From assembly GCA_951406725.2 (NCBI GenBank), contig OX597829.1, positions 23,870,001 to 23,934,000 of the forward strand: a DNA stretch of 64,000 nucleotides, written 5' to 3'. The notes under the pieces were generated by a model. That model saw only the letters and a list, made by a program, of their open reading frames with translations. It was not told the origin of the DNA and searched no databases. Source of the stretch: Octopus vulgaris (Eukaryota). The first letter of the stretch is position 1. Every line of letters begins with the position of its first letter. A program made the translations under genes and the position numbers. Shown piece after piece: positions 55,536 to 64,000 of this stretch.

Positions 55536-57356
55536 TTTTTTATTATAAACGCATCTCTACTTCATTATTATCAATATTGTTTTGTTAACATTCGGTAGAT
55601 AATTGAAGTATTTTATAGAATCTGCACAATATTGTTTACACTTGTTCACTCCTAGTCACCCATAAGGAGTTCTATGTAGCGGTCCAAACCTGCTGGAAAT
55701 AGCAGCCAAAGCTCTCTCTCTCACAACACACTACCATCTGAAACATAGTAAATAATATATATCTAGAGAGGTTATATACTTAGTGCTGCTGGATCAAATC
55801 TGGTATGAAGGTAAGCAACAGCATTACCAACCAATATTATGGCCACCACACAAACGAAGGACACATTAGATTATGTACTTCTAGATAATCTATGTCTGAA
55901 AAGAAATAATGGTAACTCACTGGTAGACCACTTTTGATCATAGCTTAAATAATAACAGCAATTCACACAGGCGCTAACACATACACACTGACACACATAT
56001 TTAACCACATTAACATCTACACATAATCACATATACACGTGCTTAAGCACGTAAACATAAACACAGTTTTATGCATGCACGCACACACATATACTCACTT
56101 AAGCACATAGACACCCATAAACATAAAAATTTATACACACACACACACACACACACACACTGAAGCACATAGACATATACATTTACACACACACTCAAGT
56201 TATGCGTTTAAGTGTTTGTATGTGTTTACACATGTATATTAATATACATAAGCATATACACTCACTTAAGCACATAAACTCCCATATACATTTATACACA
56301 CACACATACACACACAATCACTTGTATGCACTTACATACACACTAAGTCACTCCGGCTCTCTCCCTCTTCTCCTCCTCCTCTTCATCACTCTCCTCCCTC
56401 CACCCCCCTTTCCTTTTTCTCATTCTGAAAAGCCATTCTTAAAACTTCTGTAGTGGAAGAATTTCTCCAGTCAGTTGTCATTGGACATTTTGAGATTAAG
56501 AACCCCGTCTTGAAGTAGTTTACATGGGTAACACTATACCCAGTTTATCCCCGAGCACTGAGAAAAAAAAAAATTTAAAAAAGAGGAGGAAGAATTCCTT
56601 TGGGTTCAGCCTTCAATCATCATAACTGTTATGACTTCCTCTCAGATGTGTGTGTTATGTGTGTGTTTAGGTATAAGTTGTGTATGTATGAAAAAGTGTA
56701 TACATATGAATCTAGGCATTTTTATACATATGTGTTTTTTGGGGAAAGTAGTATATATATATAAAACTATCTATGGATGTGTGTATGTGTTTCATTGTAT
56801 GTATATAAGTAAGTAAAATTGACAAATGTGTATGGATGGTTGCGTATATATTTGTATGTGAGTTCATGTGAAGCTGTATGTTTATGAAAAATGTATGTAT
56901 TAAACTGTGTATGTATATATATATATATATGTGTGTGTGAATGTATAGGTATGTGTGTGTATGAATGTATGTGTGTGTGTGTGTGTGTTCCATGGTGTCC
57001 TACTTTCTAATTAATTAAGGGAATAAAAAGCAGGAGGAGAAATCCTCATGTTTTAAAGTTTTTCATGTAAAACAGATAGGGTGGAGGGTGTAGGTGGAGG
57101 GGTGGTGTTGATACGCTGTTGTTGTTGATGTTGTTATTGTGATTTGGATAAAGAATGTTCCAGTTCCCCAGCATGATAATGTTTCACTGAGAACAGTTCT
57201 TGCTCCCGTAGTATTTCAGGAATCTTCTACCTCTGCCATTCATATCAACATGGAATATTTTCATTTATCTAAATAATAGGTACAATCACTTTCATTGTCT
57301 TTTTTTTTTTTTTTTATTATTTTCTTCTTTTCTATATCTGCATGCTTGTGTCTCTG

Positions 57357-57398
<42 letters not shown>

Positions 57399-58235
57399 TT
57401 AATTGTGGCAATAAACACCCTTATGCATACATCCATTCACACACACACATATACCCCTACACCAACACTTAAACACGCACACAGCTTTTATCACAGCATA
57501 TACACAAACACGTACAGGTGTATACAAATGCATTTTTACAATGAGCTTCTATCCGATCCTCTGTCCAAGACTGGTCAGCCCAGGGCTATAAATGAGAACA
57601 CTTGCCTAAGATGCTACACAGTAGGACTGAACCCAAGACCACATGCTTGTGAAGTAAACTTCTTAACCACCCAGCTCTGACTACACTTAAGAGTAGTAGA
57701 TAGTAGATTATTTCAAAATGTCCTGCAAGAGGTCAGTTAAAGAGTGGTGAGGAACTACCTTGAGTGAATGAACCTCTTCAACAGCAGAACAACTGTAACA
57801 TTCATTAATCATTTGGTTAACATATATTTAATCTTTTAGTCTGGGCAATGCTCTGGATCCTTAACAGTGCTTCTGTGACTGGGAGGAGGGAAGAAGAGTG
57901 TACCTTCAAACTGGAGACCTAAGCCAGTTGTTTGCAACAGAGTGGACTCTGCTAAAGTACCAGATAATTGTGTTAAACTGAGCCATGAATTAAGACTACA
58001 TTACAACTAGGCTGTGGTGGAATTTGATCTCAGAATGCAAAAATCTGCAACAAATACCACAAGGCTTTCTATCCAATTCTCTTATGACTGTTTGATAATT
58101 TACTTCTTTATTGAGACACAACTGAAAGAATCTTCATGAGTGTCTCTAGGGTAGGCTTGCAAATGTGTATATGTCTAGCTGAATGTAGACCAAAAGCCTG
58201 TGTGCATGTGCATGCATGCATGCATGTGTGTAGCC

Positions 58236-58382
58236 CAGGCATGGACAACCTTTTGTGAGAAACAGGCTGCATGAAACATGGCTCAACATCAAGCAAGCTG
58301 CATCACTGATAAATGTTATTTTCTTCTTGAAATTAGATATGCCATTCAAAAAGTCCCACAGGCTGCAGTTTGCTTATGACTG
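58236..58382. mobile_element. Old hAT-like MITE
   Basis: Degenerate TIRs caggcatggacaacc / gtttgcttatgactg. Flanks gtgtagcc / atgtagac match at 6 of 8 positions. Confidence 0.5.
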
Positions 58383-60928
58383 ATGTAGACCATAACTATC
58401 TGCTTCTGTGTGTGTATGTGGACCATAAGCCTGCTTCTGTGTATGTGCATGTGAGTGCAAACTGTAAGCCTGCCTGCCTCTGTGTTTGCCAACTATAAAT
58501 ATTATTTCACTGTTAACCCTTTAGCATTCAGATTACCTTGTCAAATGTAATGTTTATTTAGTCACCCTGTTTTGAATTAATCATGCATTATCTCCTAGCT
58601 TTAAGATTTCAATGATGCGATTGTTTATTTTTAAATTGACATTGTAGGGTAGGTGCGAGAGGCCAGATCTGGCTAGTTTGAACATAAAACAGAATATTTT
58701 GGCTGGATATGGCAAATTTAAATGCTAAAGAGTCAAGGGATCTCAAGCCCTGTCTATTAGAAGATCAGAAACTGCTGTAATACCTTTTATTGATACTGTC
58801 AGTATATTAGAAAACTACAAACCCTATCTATTTGTTGGATCGATCCTGTTTGTCAGGATTGTGTTGGAGGGCGAGCTGGCAGAAACGTTAGCATGCCAGG
58901 TGAAATGCTTAGCGGTATTTCGTCTGTCGTTACGTTCTGAGTTCAAATTCTGCTGAGGTCGACTTTGCCTTTCATCCTTTCGGGGTTGATAAATTAAGTA
59001 CCAGTTACGCACTGGGGTCGATGTAATCGACTTAACCCCTTTGTCTGTCCTTGTTTGTTCCCTCTATTTTTAATGGCATTTTAATATTAAAGAAATATTA
59101 TTTAATATAAAGAAATAAGTATTGTGTTGGGGAGGGGGGTAAAATGAAGGCTTCTATCTGGAATCACCAATGAAGTCCCAGTTGTTGATTTGAACTCATA
59201 AGCAAATAGCTGAATACTTTTCTCTTTTTGCAGTTATTTTGCGTTTCATCATAAACACCATCAAAATCATCCTTGTGCTTTTCATTGTCATTGTATCGCT
59301 GCCATTGTCATCATCACCACTTCCGCTGTCATCACCACCATCATTATCAATATTACCAACACCGTTGCCAGTACTAGACATACATATTCCTTCTCCTCTT
59401 CATTGAACTCTGATCCATAATCAATAGGAGATCCATGGTCAAGTGATTAATCCTGACCATTGGTGAGAATTGAAACCCTAAGTGCATTTTAAACTCAGAG
59501 CACAAAGCCCTACAACAAACACCACGAAGCATTTCATTTTGCTCTAGTATCATAATTCTGTCAAATCAACACCTCTGAACTCCTGTTTAATTTATCAACC
59601 CTCAGAGTGTTGAAAATAAAGTTAACTCAGCAGGGTTTGAACTCAGAGTAAAACGAGCTGAAATAAACATTGCAACAGATTGTCCTATCTGATGCTGTAG
59701 TACTTTTATCAATTTATTGGTATCTCTAGAGAGGGATTTAATAACTCATATTTGCAGAGAAGATAAGATTTTTAAAAATATTTAATTATATAACACAAAG
59801 TGGAAAATTGGATTGTGCTAAATTGTTTACATAATTTATTTTAATGGCTTTTTAATATTTGTGTGTGTGTTTTGGTTGTTCAGTTTTGTTTCTTACACTT
59901 ATATTACACCTCTTAAATATTCTAAATATTTATGCCAATCCAGGGCAAATAAATTCATTCTCCAAATATTTATGTACATATGTATGTATGTATGCGTGTA
60001 TGTATGTATGTTGGTAGGTACATCTTATTAAATTCATCCATCTTCAAAACAAGGTATTATTTCTTATTTGTCTTTCGTTTTAATCATAATTACTCCTTCT
60101 TCACTACTACCACTACCATCACCACAACTACTACGACCACATACTTTTAGGCTCCTCATAATTCCTAGTTTTTGAATCTGTTGCATAAAGTCTGTTACAT
60201 TGCTAAAGACTAGCCATGAATGCAACATTCTGTTCCAATGAAAAATACCAAGCTTTTGTTTATTTTTCTCCATATTGGAGCTGTTAGTATATATATATAT
60301 ATATATATATATATTCTACCTGTTTTGAAAAAGAATTTCTTTAGATGTACAGTGCAGCCAACAGTTCCTTTTTTTTTCTTTTTTCTTTTGTATATTGTTA
60401 TTAAGTTTGAAGTAAAACAAAAACAAATATAACATAATAATTATTACAGTTCTAGAATACTTTGTCAAAGAATTCCAGACTATAAACCTTGTTCAATTGA
60501 TCTTCTGTCATAATTGTCTTTCATTAACCCATTCTGTTTATCACTTATTGTTTGTTGATGCCATAAAGTTTTGGTATTTTCAACCCCAATATAACTGTGA
60601 GGTTTATGGCATAATCAAACATTTTATTGTGTTGAGTATCTGCACCTTACTTCATTTGACCATTCTTCTATTTGTTAGAACAGAAGAAATGTAATTCTTA
60701 GCTGAATTCAATCATAAATGTCTTCCCTTGTATAACAAAGGTTATTATGTTTATATTTTATGCATTGGGTGTGTTTTGGTTAAGTTGGGATAAATGCATT
60801 CAGCTTCAGTTTCGGTCTTCTATCTGCATCAAAAAAAGCACACATACACACAAAATACACTACTACTACTACTACACACACACACAAGCACAAGCATACA
60901 CTAATTATTGTCTAAATATATTTTTCAG

Positions 60929-61006
60929 GATATGCCGATACTGAATCTTGTATTATGGCTTCACCATTGAACACCGAAGACATGAAAGCTCTGATAAATA
61001 CTGAAG
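60929..61006 (+). CDS. Probable next coding exon of the CAP-Gly gene (78 nt, phase 1-1)
   Basis: Acceptor tttttcAG (60927-60928) and donor G|GTGAGA (61007). Open frame compatible with the phase-1 donor at 21168, giving ...STTSVDT-G-YADTESCIMASPLNTEDMKALINTE-(G). Non-repetitive sequence. Confidence 0.75.
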
Positions 61007-61546
61007 GTGAGATGTTTTTCATATTTATTTCACTTCCATGGTAAATTTTTTTACCAAAAATATTTTTTTTAAAAACAATGTGTAGAACCTGTACTATGTT
61101 TTTTTACTAAATTAACATTGATATAATTCCAAAACTGTTTTTTTTTTTATTTGCAACCTTTTCAATAGTCTTGACTATTTTTAATTTTAATCTCTTTAAA
61201 ATGGGAAGTCTGCATCATATAATCAGGGATGGTCTCAAGTGTTTGTCCTCTCACCCACTCTCCTATCTCTAACCATCCCACACTCTATTATATTTTTACA
61301 ACCTCTTCCCACCCACACTTTCTATTCTTCTATTATCATTCACTTCTACTCACCTCTCTATCCACCCTGACACCTCATCATTACTATTTACCCTACTTTC
61401 CAGCACTGTTCTGGCCACTCCCCACCCTCTCTTGTTTAATGTAACCATAGAGCAAGAAACCTGTTTTTTTCTGGGGCCCTTGTTTCATACTTTTAACCCC
61501 ACATCTCTACTGCAGCCCCACTCATATACACATGCATATGAATGTA

Positions 61547-61618
61547 GGGTGTGTTTTGAGGGAGATTTGGCTTCTAATTCTAGCAGGTTTAGCTACCATG
61601 TAGATGTCTCTTGATTGA

Positions 61619-61651
<33 letters not shown>

Positions 61652-61890
61652 GACAATAGGGTGTGGTTTAAAGCAAATCTTTCTGCTATTTCTAACAGAT
61701 TGAGCTACCATATAGAGATTTCCCTTCTTGGTTCATATACACATAAGACTGTAAGACATGAGTTAAGAGATTTTACTGTTTCTTCTATCAGGTCAAGTTA
61801 TGTACAAGTCTCGCTGGCTTGTATATGCATAAAACAAAGGTGTATGTGAAGGACATTTTCACTGCTATTTCTAACAAATCAAAAGTTCAC
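61547..61890 (+). repeat. Four diverged tandem copies of a ~60-bp dispersed repeat
   Basis: gagatttggct-ctatttctagcagg-tgagctaccat-tag-like units at ~61547, 61658, 61760 and 61839. Single copies at ~1355(-), 8740, 40815(-), 46935 and 55670(-). Confidence 0.6.
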
Positions 61891-62179
61891 ACAGAAGTCC
61901 ATTTTTCATTAGTTCATTGTTTCGTTTTGCTGATTATATGTGAAGGGATCAACAACATATGAACAGAAATAGCTTATTGCTGTGCAATATTTCTAATTTT
62001 TAATTAAGAAACATTTTAATTAGGAAAACAGTATTACTTTGTTGATGGGAGCTGTGGATTTTGTTGTTAGCGTTTTAATTTTTTAATTTATAATCCAAAC
62101 ATTGTGGGTCGGTGAGTAAACAAAAATCAAAAAGCATTAATCCCAAGATCTAAATGAACTGGATTTGATGACAGTAAAG

Positions 62180-62385
62180 AGTAATCTCAGGCACGCAGAT
62201 GATATTGCTTTATTAATTTTCAACAGAGATTACTTAGTGAATCTTGTAGCTACAATAAATGACAGAGGAATGGAAAAGAATGTATGGAAATCAAAACAGC
62301 TGGTGATCAGCAAAACGTGGCAATCATCTCAAAAGTGAATATTACAACTGAATGAAAGCTGGAATAGAAACACCAAACATAGTAT
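62180..62385 (+). pseudogene. RTE-clade LINE reverse-transcriptase relic
   Basis: Translates as SNLRHADDIALLIFNRDYLVNLVATINDRGMEKNVWKSKQLVISK (cf. NNLRYADD...KTKVMVISK). Interrupted by the hAT insertion. Confidence 0.7.
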
Positions 62386-62393
62386 GTCTAGAT

Positions 62394-63215
62394 CAGGGGT
62401 GGGGAAACTTTTTAGTGCAGTGGGCAAAAATTTACAAAGAAAAAGGTCCACGGGCAGATCACAAGTTCTAACTCTTCTATCTATGTAAATCTTGTATATA
62501 TATATCTATGTATAATTTGGTATACTTTAATTAAGATGAGTTTAATACATTAAATTAATACATAACATCTTCATTAACTCCGCCACTGAATTTAGGATGT
62601 TTATATTACTTATGAGGCATTCTATGTTTCTCAGCTAGACTATAGTTGGGTCTCAAGGGGGTGGTACAAACTTAGCAATATGTGTTTTATAGTGATAACA
62701 AAATTTCCATTCAAGTAGCAATTACTGGACAATTTTCTGTTTTAACAAAAACAATTGCAGCATGGAAGACGTTTTAGAAGCCATTTAACAACATGCAAAA
62801 ACCGTTACATTCACTTCAACATTTAAATTTAATTTGCTAAAATATTTTCGTCGCTTTGAGATCGTGACCTTGATCACTAACAAAATTCCATGCTGCATTA
62901 CGTGATGCAGCATGGAATTTTGTCAGTGATCAGGTCACGGTCTCAAAGCGACGAAAATATTTTAGTGAATATAACGGTTTTTGTGTGTTTTTAAATGGTT
63001 TATAAACACCTTCCATGCTGCATTTGTTTTTGTTTCAGTACCTGATCTCAGATCAGGTCACTTGCTATGCAAGTACATCTCCGTAATTTCTGTTTTAAGT
63101 CATAGTAAAAATGTAACCTAAGTCCCAAATAGGCATACGAGTATACCGGCCTGTGGGGGCAATAAAATGTGCTCGCAAGTGCATGCACTTGTGAGTGGGG
63201 TTTTCCCCACCCTTG
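62394..63215. mobile_element. hAT (Charlie-like) non-autonomous element
   Basis: TIRs caggggtggggaaac / gttttccccacccttg with a perfect 8-bp TSD GTCTAGAT (62386-62393 and 63216-63223). Confidence 0.9.
62745..63070. repeat. Foldback element nested inside the hAT element
   Basis: Palindrome centred at ~62900 (tgctgcattacgtgatgcagca) with arms extending ~140 bp each side. Confidence 0.85.
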
Positions 63216-63283
63216 GTCTAGATGAATGAAATATATCTGATATCTGGGAAAGGTATGAAATATATCTGAAGGAGTGTATGGAA

Positions 63284-63679
63284 TCATCATCATCATCATC
63301 ATCATCGTTTAACGTCCGCTTTCCATGCTAGCATGGATTGGACGGTTCAACTGGGGTCTGGCAAGCCTGAAGGCTGCACCAGGCCAGTCAGATCTGGCAG
63401 TGTTTCTACAGCTGGATGCCCTTCCTAACGCCAACCACTCCGAGAGTGTAGTGGGTGATTTTATGTGCCACCGACACAAGTGCCAGACGAGGCTGGCAGA
63501 CGGTCACGCTCGGATGGTGTTTTTTTATGTGCCACCGACACAGGTGCCAGACGAGGCTGGCAGACGGCCACGCTCGGATGTTGTTTTCCGTGTTTTCTTA
63601 TGTGCCACCGACACAGGTGCCAGACGAGGCTGGCGAACGGCTACGATCGGATGGTGTTTGTTACGTGCCCACAGCACGG
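63284..63679 (-). mobile_element. SINE family C with RTE-like 3' tail and (GAT)n end; internal ~55-60-bp tandem repeats
   Basis: (cat)n-cgtttaacgtccgctttccatgc...ctggatgcccttcctaacgccaaccactcc. Copies at 1905-2216, 9925-10237, 14030-14400, 32124-32565, 34270-34785(+), 38027-38243 and 49858-50018. Confidence 0.8.
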
Positions 63680-64000
63680 AATATTTAATATCTAGGGAAT
63701 AATTGTGTCCACATGATTTTTGATTTGAAAGAGCATAAATTTAGTGGAAGGGAATAAATCATATCAATTCCAGTATTTGACTGGTATCTACTTTGTCTGT
63801 TTCCAAGACCAGCTCAAGGCCATTCTCCTCTGCTGCTGCATTGACCCAAGTGCATGGAAGACAATCACTAAGGACCACCCAAAGTGGCAGCATGTCATCA
63901 TGAAAGGGAAAGGACCAGATGGAAAACAACAGACACCAAGGGACAGAGATCAGACGTCAAAAACGCAAAGAACAACTTGCATTTACTTGTCCCCTGCCAA

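Noticed and set aside
59196-59381. Asp/Gly-rich 61-aa ORF
   Set aside because: Degenerate (CAT/CAC) trinucleotide tract with no exon signals.
63470-63679. Repeat units resembling a CRISPR-like array (also 34270-34440 and 55205-55535)
   Set aside because: These are tandem units without unique spacers, inside a SINE or minisatellite, with no cas genes and a eukaryotic context.

Overview
AT-rich, microsatellite-dense eukaryotic (metazoan) DNA. The SINE and microsatellite content looks cephalopod (Octopus-like), which is an inference from recall rather than a search. One host gene is supported on the + strand, a CAP-Gly/SxIP microtubule plus-end protein (CLIP-170/restin-like). It has a giant 2,449-nt exon (18720-21168) that I join, in phase, across a ~39.8-kb intron to a 78-nt exon (60929-61006) absent from the ORF track. 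Candidate internal alternative first exons lie within that intron. The rest is repeats: several SINE families, a decayed Penelope-like (Naiad-type) retroelement, LINE relics, mariner, hAT and piggyBac-like MITEs, a Helitron and a Helentron-type element. The most unusual signals are (i) several foldback elements carrying hammerhead-ribozyme-like cores, two with compensatory 3-8 base-pair swaps (G3-C8, U3-A8), (ii) a 540-bp palindrome centred on telomere-like CCCTAA repeats, and (iii) one SINE head carrying three different tails. Nearly all short ORFs in the track are microsatellite or SINE artefacts. No prokaryotic system or CRISPR array is present.
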